Shown piece after piece: positions 26,787 through 38,554 of a DNA stretch of 64,000 bases (position 1 is its first letter; each line of letters opens with the position of its first letter). The DNA comes from Octopus vulgaris (Eukaryota): assembly GCA_951406725.2 (NCBI GenBank), contig OX597823.1, forward strand, positions 5,642,001-5,706,000, in the 5' to 3' direction. The translations under genes and the position numbers were made by a program. The notes below the pieces were generated by a model, which was not told the origin of the DNA, made no database searches, and saw only the letters and a program-made list of their open reading frames with translations.

Positions 26787-28448
26787 CATATACATATATA
26801 TACATATATACATGCATATATATATACATGCATATATATATACATGCATATATATATAATACATATATATATAATACATATTATCCGCACAGCTCAAAGT
26901 AAGGTGAATAAAATCAAAATAAGCAACAGGATATCAAGTAGTAATGCAGTACGACTGTTTCAAGGGCATCCATTTAATTGAGCAATGCAGTCATTACATC
27001 AATTTAAATTCAATGCTATCTTAAGCTGCACAAATAAAGAAATGGAATTATTTTTCTTAGATATTTTAACAGAGTAAGAAGCTGTAGCTAAGAATAGACT
27101 ACAACTTCCAAGAATTGAATGGATCATAGCTGGGGGTCATAGGGTTGTAAGTCATTTCTAAAACATTTATCTCTTTATCAACTACTAAATCTAGGACTAG
27201 AAGACTCTCTCTCTCTCTTTTTCTCTCTTTTACTTGTTTCAGTCATTTGACTGCAGCCATGCTGGAGCACCGCCTTTAGTCGAGCAAATCAACCCCGGGA
27301 CTTAGTCTTTGTAAGCCCAGTACTTATTCTATCGGTCTCTTTTGCCAAACCACTAAGTGATGGGGACGTAAACACACCAGCATCGGTTGTCAAGCAATGC
27401 TAGGGGGACAAAAACAGACACACAAACACATACACACACATACAAATATATATATATATACGACGGGCTTCTTTCAGTTTCCGTCTACCAAATCCACTCA
27501 CAAGGCATTGGTCGGCCTGGGGCTATAGCAGAAGACACTTGCCCAAGATGCCACGCAGTAGGACTGAACCCGGAACCATGTGGTTGGTTAGCAAGCTACT
27601 TACCACACAGCCACTCCTGCACCTGTTTCTACTAAAGGACAAGAGTGAGTTGACAGTTCATGGCTGGGTATGGTCATAAATATTATCATATTTACTCCAG
27701 GGAGGAAATAAGACATTAAGGGTAGTCAGATGGATATAAGTAACTGTCTATAAAAAGAAGCAGGGTAGGAGTAGACTTGTATATAGATAGTTGATAATAA
27801 GACCAACATTAATGTAGATGGTTGCTGGTCTAAAATAGCATTATATAGCTATAGAATTAAAATTATATCAATCATATGTCTACCTGCTAGAAATGAGAGC
27901 TAAAACCTTCGTTTAAATCATTAAAATGACGCTGAAAATAATAACAAAATCAACAGTACTCAGGTGAAATGGATTGAAAAAATTCCCTCACATACTTATA
28001 TAGCATAAAGCTATATTAATATTGCTGTTATTATCAACTATTTATATTGTCTTTGATAATAATAGCAATATTAATATTCTGTTGCATCTGGGGAGAGTCA
28101 TTTTCTTTTTGTACCTTATAATGTAACAAACTCACCGGTAAAATTTCCACTTTTTTCTTATTTTTATTTTCCTAAAATTTTCATTGCGTCTTGCAACCTT
28201 TTCAATAGTCTTGACTCTCTCCAAGACGCAACGAAAATTTTAGGAAAATAAAAATAAGAAATAAGTGAAAATTTTACCGGTGAGTTTGTTACATTATAAG
28301 GCACAAAAAGAAAATGACTCTCCCCAGACACAACAGAATATGCTTCAACACACGAACCCATATAAAGAATCTTGCAAACCAAATCCAAAAACGAAATAGC
28401 AATATTAATATCTATATAAATATTCAATCCTGAATAATTGTTCCTGAT

Positions 28449-28488
<40 letters not shown>

Positions 28489-29934
28489 TTTTGTCATAAC
28501 AGCTCTCAATAGTTGTAAACCACTGTCAGCCTCATACAATTAGTAATATTTCTCCATGTCTGGCCAATGGGAAATATTACATTACTTGGAAGCAGGGTGA
28601 GTGTTGGCACTTCATGATTTATCCTGTAAATGTTGGTAATTTAGTCATAAATAAATAAAAAACCCAATTTCTTGTTAATTTTATGGTCAGGTAATGGGTA
28701 AATTCTTTCTTTTATTGCCTTTGTTTTCAGACCAGAATGTCTACAACCCCAACTTACAGGTTGTCCAGGATATGATGAGGCAGCAAGTAGAATTTACACA
28801 GCAGTTCTGCGAATCACAGAAATACCTTTACCATACTCTCACAGACAGTATTCAACCATCCTATGTATACACTACACTGAAAGACACCAAAGAGGTGACA
28901 GAATAACTTTGGAATTATTCAAGAAATATTGCATGTGTATGTCTGCTGGTGTGTGCATGCATGTTTTTCTGTCTTTTATTAATGGCCTGTATAATCATGT
29001 TGCTTCTCTACAGCAAGAAATTTGTTCTGTTCTGGTCCCTCCTTTCATACTTTTACCCCGCATCTCCTAGCATAAAACCATTTCTCTCTCTCTCTACTGT
29101 AGTCTCTCTCAATCAAGGGGTTCATTTATTTTGAAAGCTGCACAGTGTCTTTAGTAGTGCTGTGCCATGCAAAGAAGTGCATCCGGTTCATTCTGTATAG
29201 TGATTGGCATTAAGAAGGGTTTCCAGCTGTAGAACCTACACCAGGATTGAGACTTGGATCCTGTTTAACCATTGAAACCATATCAGCAGGATAAGTGGAT
29301 GTTGAATGATGATGATAATGATGGGGGCAACATTAATGACGATAAGTACGGGGCTGTGATGATGGTGGTGGTGATGGCTTAGTCAAAGGGAGAAGGGTAT
29401 TGTCTATGACCTTTTGCCAGGTCCTGTGGAGACTGGAGGGGTAAAAAGCACTGGTGTTGGTGCCACATAAAAAGCACCCAGTACATTTTGTAAGGTGGTT
29501 GGTGTTAGGAAGGGCATCCAGCCATAGAGACCAAACTAAAACAGACAATTGGAGTCTGATTGAGCTCTCTGGCTTGCTAGCTCCTGTCAAACCATCCAAC
29601 CCATGACAGCACGAAAATCGGACATTAAATGATGATAATGATGACTTGACTCAAATAGCCGTAACAGAGTGGATTCCACGAAAATGCACCCAATGGCCTG
29701 ATGGTGGTGTTGGTGTTGTTGTTGTTGTTGTTGTTGGTGGCGGTGGTGTAAAATTGGGAAAGTCCGTGCTTTGAAAACAAAGTACAGCCTATCCGATGAC
29801 CTAGTACACTGTTTCTTGTCCACTTACAAAGTTTTTGTCAGTCTGTGGCCAAGGTTAAAGACGCCAAAGACAATCATGCTTGGTGAGATTGAACACAGAA
29901 CCATGTGATTGTGAAGGGGACTTCTTAGGCACTT

Positions 29935-29968
<34 letters not shown>

Positions 29969-32900
29969 ATGTCTCTATGTCTGTATGTGTATATCTGTGT
30001 GTGTGTGTATGTGTGCAGATGTATGTGTAAGTGTTTGTGCCTTCATGTTTCTGTATGTGTATCTGTGTCCATATCTGTATGTATATATCTATGTGTATGT
30101 GTGTGTGTGCATGTGTCCACATATCTGTATATCTGTATGTGTGTTTGTGTGTGTGTGTCTAATTAAGTGTTGTTTGTAATCTGAGGTTGTAGGAGAGTGT
30201 AGTGTCCACAGATTTTTCAAATCCTCTTTAAATAACAAATTAGGTCAGTTGCAGTTGAGTGAAGTTAATAATGTTGATATTTAGTTTAAACTTATAAAGG
30301 GCAGGAATCATCATCATCATCCTCATCATCGTTTAACATCAGTTTTCCATGTTGGCATGGGTTGGACGGTTTAACCAAGGACTGGCAAACCAGGAGGCTG
30401 CACCAGGCTCCAATCCGATCTGGCAATGTTTCTACAGCTGGATGTCCTTCCTAACACCAACCATTCCTAGAGTGCAGTGGGTACTTTTTATGTGCCACCG
30501 GCTCGGGATCCAGTCAGGTGGGCCTGGCATCGATCATGTTTGGATAGTGCATTTTAAGTGCCACCGGCACAGGGAGCCAGTCAGGGGGTAGGTGAAAACA
30601 GACAGATGAAAGGATCACAAAGTTAGAGAAATAAGGGAGCTTTTTTGTAGCAATAATTAAAGATGTGATTATATCTAGATTTTCTTCATTGTCATCATCA
30701 ATCATAATCTTTAATCATCATAATCAATCAACATTAGCCATGAATCATCACCATCATCAGTCATCATTTGTTATAATCAATCATCTTAATCATCACCACT
30801 AATTATCATCATAATCATCACTGTTAATCAGCATCATCAGTCATCATCTGACAGCAATCACTATCAATCATCTTCATTATCAATCATCTTCATAAAAATC
30901 AGCAATTAACATCATTATCCTCCATCATCGATCATCATCATCAGTCATCATTATAATGATCAACATTAATCATCATAACCAGAAACATCATCATCGTCAT
31001 TTCTTAGTCATTGTTTTAACTATTGCCTTCATCATCATCAATTATCATTGTCATCATCATCATCATGTGCTATACTCCACCAGAGCCTGGACAAAATACC
31101 ATATTCTTCCTTGATGATGGAATGAAAGTGACTGTCTTGGAGGTCCCCCTCTTCCTTTCCCGCCTCACCTCATCTTTCCCACAGTTGCTGTGCAGCTGAT
31201 TTGAGAGAGAGAGGGGGAGGGGGGAAGTGAGAGTGGGGAATCAACCCTGGTATTTGACTGGTACCTTATCTTCATTGGGAGGCTGAAAGGCAAATTTGAC
31301 CTCAGCAGGATTTGAACTCAGAAAGCCCAGAGCCAAAACAAATCCCACAGAACATTTGTCTGACTCCCCTAATCATTCCCCACCACCCTTATACACAGTT
31401 TCTTTTATGTTCTTTGGTTTGGAATATTTGGTTTGAGATATTAATAATCTCTGAGGCAGAACTGGCAGCAGATGCTCACCAAGATGCTTTGCAGTATTTA
31501 GTTGTGGCCAGGTGGTGAGCTGGCAGATTCGTTAGCACAGCAGGTAAAATGCTAAGCAGCATTTTGTCTGTCTTTACGTTCTGAGTTCAAATTCTACCCA
31601 GGTTGATTTTGCCTTTCATCTTTTTGGGGTTGATAAAATAAGTACCAGTTGAGCACTGGGGTCAATATAGTTGACTTACCCCTCCTTTAAAACGTTGCTG
31701 GCCTTGTGCCGAAATTTGAAACCAATATTTAATTGTGGCAAGCTGGCAGAGTCTTTAGCATGCCAGGCAAAGTGCTTAGTGGCATTTCGTCTGCCTTCAC
31801 ATTTTGAGTTCAAATTTTGCTGAGGTTGACTTTGCCTTTCATCCTTTCAGGGTCAATAAAATAAGTACCATTTGAACACTGGGGGGTCAATGTAATTGAC
31901 TAGCTCCCTTCCTCAAAATTTCGGGTCTTGTGCATATAGTAGTTTAATAATGGAAGGCAAGGTTTACGTCTCCTTCCATCATTCTTTTTGTTCTTTATGT
32001 AGTTCAGGCTTTTGGCAGGCGAAGAGAAAAGACTTCAAGTACAACTGCTATTCACAACTGGTTTATTTACAGGAAAGGGTGAAGTGTGCTGCTCTCAGCT
32101 ACCATCTTAAACTCCGATTGTGTGGGCGCATTGCCTCTGGAGACAGACAGGCAGAAAGCTCTGCCAGTGTTGGTGTTCAGCCAGTGCTGCTGTGTAATGG
32201 CGCCAAAACAGACAGGTCTGATTCGGTTTTCCGTCTACATTGTTTCCATCGTGAGCCTCGTTGTGATCTCACGCATGGCAAATGGATGCAGGTGAGGTCT
32301 CGCTCCAGTCTCGGAGATGGCAATGGCTGCCATGAGATCTCATCCAATATGGCACTGGCTGCCTGTGCTGCTACAGTAGAAAGGAATATTTAGTTGTGGC
32401 ACTTGATGTTTTGTGTTCAAATCGTACTAAAGTCACCTGTAACAAGGCAGCAGAAATGACAGAAGGCCAGATCAGATATTTAGTCTTGCTTGTGTTACTT
32501 TATGTTCTCAGTTCAACTTCCACCAAAAGAGACTTCATCATTTCAGGTTTAATAATATAACTTAACCACTTTGATATCAACCTGTCTGAAACTATTCCTG
32601 GTTCTTTGACAAAATTTAACTGTTTTAAAAACTGATCTCACTTCAAATTTTCCATCAAAATTTCATGTTCTTTTATGTTCCAAACACCAGATTAATCCTT
32701 TTCACACCATGTTTCTCTTGATATGCCTTTGTTTTGATTAACTTTTGAAGGTGTTTTGGAACATAAATTAACATGAAAAGTTTGATGGCAAGTTAGATTA
32801 TAAATCATTTTAAAACAGGAAATTTGTATCAGAACCAGGCACAGTCTAAGGTGGGATGGTATCAAAAGAGTTGAAAATGGCAAAATTATTTTACTAATTT

Positions 32901-33599
32901 CTTTATTTTCTAAATTAATTGAAACTAAGTCAGTCTATTTCAATAGAAATATGTTAACAAAAGAGAGTTAATAGTTTGTAGTTACTTTGTTCCACACCAG
33001 CTCTGATTAAGTGGAAGTGCATGGTTTATTGGTTGGGATGTTGGACTCATGATCAAAAGATTGTGGTTTCGATTCCTGGACCAGGTGATGTGTTGTGTTC
33101 TTGAGCAAAACACTTCATTTTATGTTGCTTCAGTCCATTCAGTTGACAAAAATGAGTGATCTTGTGTTGGACTGGCATCCCATTTGGGGGAGAATATTGT
33201 GATTTCGGTCACTTATGTGCCATGTAAACCAGGTAACCAGTCCTGTGAGTCGATATGACTTGTGAAGGATTTTTATCCCTTTTTTCATCTGATTAAGTGG
33301 ACCCTTGTTATGAGGGAACTGTGTTACTTTTTCTGCCTCTTGCAGTTTCACTTAATGTGTAGGGGTTCCCTTGTTGGTTTGAATAAATAACTGTTATGTC
33401 AGTCGTGTCCCTCTTCATTAAAACTCTTGAAGCTACTAATCGTTATATCACCATTATCGTTATGTTATTTTGATTTTTTTAAATAATATTTCTTCTCTTT
33501 CTCTTCTTCTCCCTCCAGTACATCAGAAAACATCGGAAGCCGAAGCTAACTTTGAAGAAAGCCTTAAAACTGGTTGAATTAGAAGCACGGCTTCAGTAA
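10460..33599 (+). CDS. C19orf44: Spliced gene with 8 coding exons, 701 aa, C19orf44-like (DUF4614-type C-terminus)
   Basis: Manual assembly: 10460-10558, 11822-12422, 15119-15243, 16967-17243, 20290-20839, 25656-25864, 28731-28894, 33519-33599. All introns are GT-AG, phases match (0,1,0,1,2,1,0) and the total of 2106 nt has no internal stop. The C-terminus [66 protein letters not shown] resembles, from memory, the C19orf44/DUF4614 end (LKQQL..TQQF...YHTLEEAKEYIR.HRP..LT...AL..V). Confidence 0.85.
10570..10774. mobile_element. TTAA-bounded MITE (piggyBac-like), with related copies at 10877-10990 and 32562-32971
   Basis: TTAAcct...aggaTTAA ends and shared internal sequence among the copies. 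Confidence 0.55.
11210..11719 (+). mobile_element. RTE LINE 3' fragment with (GAT)n tail
   Basis: Reads [30 protein letters not shown], then the common 3' UTR and (GAT)n. Confidence 0.8.
11822..12422 (+). CDS. C19orf44: C19orf44-like coding exon 2 ([10 protein letters not shown]...SELKT)
   Basis: Pyrimidine tract plus ttttag acceptor. Open for 200 codons and includes track ORF 12023-12427. Donor G|GTTAGT, phase 1. Confidence 0.85.
13170..14365 (+). mobile_element. Old CR1/L2-group LINE RT remnant
   Basis: Decayed [15 protein letters not shown] and IVHPHLE motifs. The 3' end gtgcacctcagcactgtctacaataa matches the end of the 8630-9127 element. Confidence 0.6.
14425..14819 (-). mobile_element. 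tRNA-derived SINE family A (CORE-like cttgggcaagtgtctt, internal microsatellite)
   Basis: Near-identical copies at 27221-27624, 53200-53582 and 62112-63224 (-), and at 35281-35545 and 52826-53188 (+). The head has pol III A/B-box-like gtggctgtgtggt and ggttcagtccc. Confidence 0.88.
15119..15243 (+). CDS. C19orf44: C19orf44-like coding exon 3 ([42 protein letters not shown])
   Basis: ttccag acceptor, phase 1 in, GTAAGT donor at 15244, phase 0 out. Confidence 0.85.
15430..15929 (-). mobile_element. R4/Dong-like non-LTR retrotransposon 3' fragment (RLE domain)
   Basis: Reads [31 protein letters not shown]...Y..LKWEIRRL, a PD..D-type endonuclease. Flanked by (TAA)/(TAC) repeats. Confidence 0.78.
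16010..16305 (+). mobile_element. tRNA-derived SINE family B (copies at 33013-33268, 44325-44560, 61110-61345)
   Basis: Shared ggcctagtggttagggtg...ggtttcgattcc...gtgttcttgagcaaaacacttca sequence. Confidence 0.75.
16595..16935 (+). mobile_element. R4/Dong-like non-LTR retrotransposon extreme 3' end with (TAA)n tail
   Basis: Reads [13 protein letters not shown]...IPVVIGALG...[17 protein letters not shown], then a short UTR and (TAA)n. Confidence 0.82.
16967..17243 (+). CDS. C19orf44: C19orf44-like coding exon 4 (KQNKDFPS...SEDLSR)
   Basis: ttcttttctccactag acceptor, open Ser/Pro and acidic frame, donor A|GTTAGT at phase 1. Confidence 0.85.
20290..20839 (+). CDS. C19orf44: C19orf44-like coding exon 5 (MNIFNIDDL...YSEDF...YTEDF...IFVT)
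   Basis: attttcag acceptor, phase 1. Long open frame inside track ORF 20196-20843. Donor GA|GTAAGA, phase 2. Confidence 0.87.
25475..25565. repeat. (GA)n microsatellite
   Basis: Uninterrupted dinucleotide run of about 90 bp. Confidence 0.95.
25656..25864 (+). CDS. C19orf44: C19orf44-like coding exon 6 (SKVSKKK...SVATQT...HSVI)
   Basis: ttacag acceptor at phase 2, donor A|GTAAGA at phase 1. Confidence 0.83.
26202..26352 (+). mobile_element. Internally deleted mariner derivative
   Basis: TA-adjacent tgagggggtgctaaaaagttcc TIR-like start joined to a transposase C-terminus ([20 protein letters not shown]). Confidence 0.6.
26411..26617 (+). mobile_element. Short RTE 3' tail copy (related copies near 29440-29645, 30308-30590, 39637-40070, 45005-45330)
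   Basis: gtggttggcgttaggaagggcatccagctgtagaaac...ggacgttaaac(GAT)n. Confidence 0.8.
27221..27624 (-). mobile_element. SINE family A copy
   Basis: Colinear with 14425-14819. Confidence 0.88.
28078..28394. mobile_element. Fold-back element with ~115-bp inverted arms and a 17-bp flanking direct repeat
   Basis: 28078-28193 is the reverse complement of about 28222-28336. aatagcaatattaatat occurs at both 28061-28077 and 28395-28411. Confidence 0.8.
28731..28894 (+). CDS. C19orf44: C19orf44-like coding exon 7 (DUF4614-like core)
   Basis: Long pyrimidine tract plus ttttcag. Reads [25 protein letters not shown]...YTTLKDTKE. Donor GAG|GTGACA, phase 0. Confidence 0.9.
31511..31935 (+). mobile_element. 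Two tandem copies of SINE family C (Meta-domain-like); others at 16345-16552(-), 58948-59125, 61855-62058, 63470-63612
   Basis: gagctggcaga...gagttcaaatt...gcctttcatcctttc(a/g)gggtc(g/a)ataaaataagtacc, repeated. Confidence 0.8.
31998..32375 (-). mobile_element. Probable solo LTR (~378 bp)
   Basis: GC-richer block bounded by TGTAG...CTACA, with AATAAA on the minus strand ~65 nt before its end. No clear TSD. Confidence 0.5.
33519..33599 (+). CDS. C19orf44: C19orf44-like terminal coding exon ([26 protein letters not shown])
   Basis: Strong pyrimidine tract tcttctctttctcttcttctccctccag, phase 0, TAA at 33597-33599. Completes the KEYIR.HR motif. Confidence 0.9.
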   Translation, partial: YIRKHRKPKLTLKKALKLVELEARLQ

Positions 33600-33763
33600 T
33601 TAAGTATGTCCATGTTACTGGTCAGTACACAGTTTATCCGTCCACTCTCACCAGTGTCCACTTTGGCTCAACCTCTGTCCTCTTTGTGGTTACTGTTGCT
33701 GTTATCATTGTTGTTCTCAGGATTTTTATTTCAAAGACACCACATGGTTATGAATGAAAAAAG

Positions 33764-33853
33764 AATAAAAGAAAAGAAGGAAAGAAAAAATTTAAGAAAT
33801 TACATTCCTTTCATCTCATTTCATTCATTTTTGTTTATTTTTTTAATAATAAA
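33764..33853 (+). promoter_or_regulatory. Candidate polyadenylation signals (AATAAA at 33764 and 33848)
   Basis: Hexamers 165-250 nt after the stop codon, with U-rich sequence downstream. The AT-rich context makes chance matches likely. Confidence 0.3.
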
Positions 33854-34393
33854 GAAAAACAATTCCCCTTGTCATTTTTCAAAATTTTCTTCATTCTTTT
33901 TTTAATTAAAAAAAAAACGATTGAGTTCATTGAGGTAAAGATTACTTGGATTCTTCATGTTGGCAAGTGAGTGGGAAGCTGTTTAACAACTTTTGTAATG
34001 GCTTAGAAGAACAATGAACCATAGCCTTGGCCTTTGCCATCTCTCTGAGAATCATGAGAGATCAATATGTTTGAAGCTCAGCTTCAACCTCTAAAAGTTG
34101 AAAATTGAAAAAAAGGGGAGGTTTTGTAAGAAAGTTGGTCTTGTTCCAAAGAACTGACAATCTGAGAAGGATACAGCAAAACTGAACTAAAAGGAAAACA
34201 GGTATTACAAGAACCAACCATAGTATGAGAGAAGAAGACTGTGCTGGTAATTATGTGGTGATAAAGGATGACTGTTGCGTAAAGGAGTGCCAGATGATAC
34301 AAACCCACTCACAAGGCTCTTGTTGGCCCAGACATATGCATACATATATATATATATATTTATAAATAATATATATATATTGTATATATGCAT

Positions 34394-34444
<51 letters not shown>

Positions 34445-34488
34445 GATATGATGATGTATATGTATATATAAATATATATATAATATAT

Positions 34489-34524
<36 letters not shown>

Positions 34525-35235
34525 CATATATATATGCATATGTATATATATATGTGTGTGTGTATGTATGTATGTATGTATACATATATATACATATGCA
34601 TATATGGGTACAGGATGTCATGAACAGTAAACAACATGAAATACGAAAGCAAATGAGTTCAATATGCAAACAACAAGAGAAACAAGTGGGAAACAGGAGA
34701 AGTAACATAAAGATCGACCATTCATCAGTTGTTGGCTGTCTATCTACTCCTCATTTCGAGCATTGAATGACAAAATGAGTCTTTGAAGACAGTTGCTTCC
34801 ATAAGTGCCAAAATAAAATTTAGGACTTATGGAGGGTCAAAATAGGACAGTGGAGACATACAAGGAAACTGAACAATAACAAACATGGAGGGTCGTTAGA
34901 CCAGAACTCAGGTAAAATAGCAAATGCTGGAGAAATATTTTCTTTAAAAAGAGAGAAGATAGTAGAGAGAGATAGAAAACATCCAGTCTCCAGTGCTTAG
35001 GATAGTCCTGAAGGAAAAGAAAGATGGCTAATGGTCACATGTGAGCAATGAGAGAGAGAAAAGGATAAAGAGGGGGAGAGAGAGAGAGAGAGATAGAAAA
35101 CAGTGAAGGGGAGCAAAAGGAAAGTGGAAAAATGGATGGGGGAGAAAACAGTATAGAGTAGAGTCACATAAAAAAAAATACGATAAACTTACTTGGAAAT
35201 GGATGTGTGGCGTTAAATCAAATAATAATAATAAT

Positions 35236-35280
<45 letters not shown>

Positions 35281-35283
<3 letters not shown>

Positions 35284-35545
35284 CGCGGGAGTGGCTGTGT
35301 GGTAAATAGCTTGGTTACCAACCACATATTTCCAGGTTCAGTCCCACTGCGTGGCACCTTGGGCAAGTGTCTTCTAGTATAGCCTCAGGCCAACCAAAGC
35401 CTTGTGAGTAGATTTGGTAGACGGAAAGAAGCCCATCGTATATGTATATATATGTGTGTGTGTTCGTGTGTCTCTGTTTTTCCCCCCAACATCGCTTGAC
35501 AACCGATGCTGGTGTGTTTACGTCCCCGTAACTTAGCGGTTCGGT
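35281..35545 (+). mobile_element. SINE family A copy (3' truncated) between (TA)n tracts
   Basis: aggcgcgggagtggctgtgtggt head plus body. Confidence 0.85.
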
Positions 35546-35898
35546 ATATATATATATATATATATATATGTAGTATAATTATCATCATGTGGCCAAGGGA
35601 AAAATATCACCTTGCTTGGAATCAGCTTGGAATCAGGTGAGGATTAGCAATAGGAAGGCTATCAAGCTGTATAAAAAAATCCACCCGACTCATGCAAGCA
35701 ATGAGAACTTGACAATAATATGAAGATGATGATGATAACACTGAGTGTTAACGTTGATGATGATGATGATAACGACAACAACGACTGGGATGATGTTGAC
35801 AATGATGGTAATGATGATGGTGATGATGATGAAGATGATGATGATGATGATGAGGATATATATATTTGTGAAAACACTGACCCACGTACATAAACCTA

Positions 35899-35960
<62 letters not shown>

Positions 35961-36396
35961 GCAGATACAGATTTATAACTGGATAAACGCATACACACAC
36001 AAACTCACATACTTTACATTCTGAGAAACACATACACAGAAAGACACACACAAACTTACTTCCACTCACACATATTTACATAATATACGTACGCCATAAC
36101 ATATAAACAGACAGATGCACACACACAAACACACTCACACAAACTGATAAGCGAGAGAGAGGAAGTGTGCATGTCATGACTCGACCTGCTAGAAATAGCA
36201 CACATTAGCCACTCTAGTCTTGGATATAAGCTGAAGAAAGAAAGGCATAAATAAATAAAGCATGTTGGTCATGTATGGAATACTTTTGATCATGGTTCAA
36301 GACTACCAGATCTGGGCTAGGGTTAAACCACAACAAAAATGCATGCAGACACACACACACACACACACACATGCATGGATGTACATACATAGATGC

Positions 36397-36437
<41 letters not shown>

Positions 36438-36450
36438 TGGATAGATAGAC

Positions 36451-36489
<39 letters not shown>

Positions 36490-36536
36490 CAGACACAAAA
36501 CATGTAGATATGCACGCATGCACCGATATACAAGGC

Positions 36537-36568
<32 letters not shown>

Positions 36569-36689
36569 CACACACATTGTGTGTGAGTCACTGGCTTTCA
36601 GTTCCTGATGGCACAGATTAAAACTAAATTAACTCAAAGGATTCTGGGTAATATATTGTTGGTCTGATATTCTTTTGCTTTATTGTTTC

Positions 36690-37715
36690 ATTGTGTTGTT
36701 GGTAGTGGTGGGCGTGGGGTGGTATTTGAGATGCAGTGGTGGTGGTGGTGGTGGTGGTAGTGGTAGTGGTGATGGTGGTGGCAGAGGTGATGGTGTTGAT
36801 GCTGCTGGTGCTCATAATAGCAATGATGATGGTGGTATTTGAGATGCAGTGGTTGTGGTGGTAGTGGTGATGGTGTTGATGGTGCTCATAATAGCAATGA
36901 TGATGGTGGTGTTGGAGATAGCGGTAGTGGTGGTGATGAAGATGATGGTGGTGTTTGTGATGGTGGTGGTGGTGGTAGTGTAGGTGGTAGTACTAACAGT
37001 GGTGTTGGTGGTAGTACTAACAGTGGTGTTGGTGGTTTGGGTATCAGATGTAGTAGAGTTAAGGCGATAGTGTTGATTGTACAATAGTGAATGGGGGTAG
37101 GGGTGTTGTGGCGATGGTGGTAGTGTAGTGATGTAAACACTGACAATAACAGTATTGGTGGTGGCCCTGATGGGTGGTAATCATGTGGTAGTGACATGTG
37201 GTAGTAATGGTGGTAGCTGCAGTATTTGTGGTTTAATGATGTGGTGGTGGTGGTGGTGGTGGTGACGGTTTTGTGGTATGGTGGTGAGTAATGATTGATG
37301 ATTGTGGTGTAGTGTAGTGTGGTGGTAGTGGTTCTGTAGTGTTGGTATTGTGTGATAGTGAGGTAGCAGTAGAGCGAAGATAGACAAGAATACAAATGTT
37401 TCAAAAGCTGCTTTTATGGTAATCAGCTTCTTTTGTTGTTGTTGTTGTATGGTGGTGGTGGTGGTGGTATCGGTGATGGTGGTGTGGTGTGGCGGTGGTT
37501 AAGTTGTATGGTGATGGTGGTGGTGGTTGTTGTGTTAATGATGATAATGTTGGTTAGTTGTGGTGGTGATGGTGTTGATGGTGGAGATGGTGGTGATAGT
37601 GGTGTTGGTGGTGGTGGTGGTGATGTTGGTGTTGGTGATAGTGGTGATGGTGGTAGTGATGGTGTTACAGTAGAGGTGGTGTTCGTTTTGTTGGTGCTGT
37701 TGTTGTTAGTGACAT
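36690..37715. repeat. Degenerate (GGT/GAT)n low-complexity tract
   Basis: Trinucleotide mosaic that explains the poly-T/H/G/V ORFs. Confidence 0.9.
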
Positions 37716-38554
37716 AACAATGGTGCTATTCTTAAGTAACTCCAGTCAACCATTGCTGACAGCAGAATCTTGTTCCTGCCGCTGAATCACCAAACTTATG
37801 ATCAAACATTCCAGACATGACCACCCTGTCGTTATTTCAGGTTCTGTCTGGAACTTTGATATCCAATCTCTCCTTTTAATATCAGTCAGTCGATCCTGGG
37901 CCCATCACATTCAGTAATAGCAAATTACTATGCCAATCCAGAGATGTAATTAGCCAGATTCAATGCTGTACAACAGATCCAGGGCCAATCACATCCAATA
38001 TAGGATCATCATCATTACCATTATCTTCATCTTTCATCACTATCACCATCATCATCATCATCATCATCATTCTAATGTCTACTTTTCCAAGCTTTATTGA
38101 GGCAGATTTTCTATGGCTGGATGTCACCAATCCTCTCCTGTTTCCAAGCAAGGTAATATTTCCCCATGACCAGTCATGTCACAGAATATTGAAAATGAAT
38201 GACACTGCTTGTATAACAGTGACACTCATTTACAGCTATCATGCAGCACACACACACACACACACACACATGACATGCTTCTTTTAGTTTCTGTCTACCA
38301 AATCCACTCATGAGGCTTTAGTCAGCCTGGGGCTATAGTAGATAACACTTCCACCAGATGTTGTGAAGTGGGACTGAACCTGAAACCTTGTGGTTGGGAG
38401 GCAAACTTCTTAAGCATACAGCCAAAAGATTCTTTGTCAACTGAATGAACCAGATTTGACTAGATATTACTTAATAGGGGTGGGCATGGCTGTATGGTTA
38501 AGAAGTTTGCTCCCCAACTACGTGGTCGAGGGTTTAGTCCAATGGCATGGCACT

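Noticed and set aside
36812-37717. Gly/Thr/Pro/His-rich ORFs
   Set aside because: Degenerate trinucleotide tract open in several frames, with no splice or domain support.
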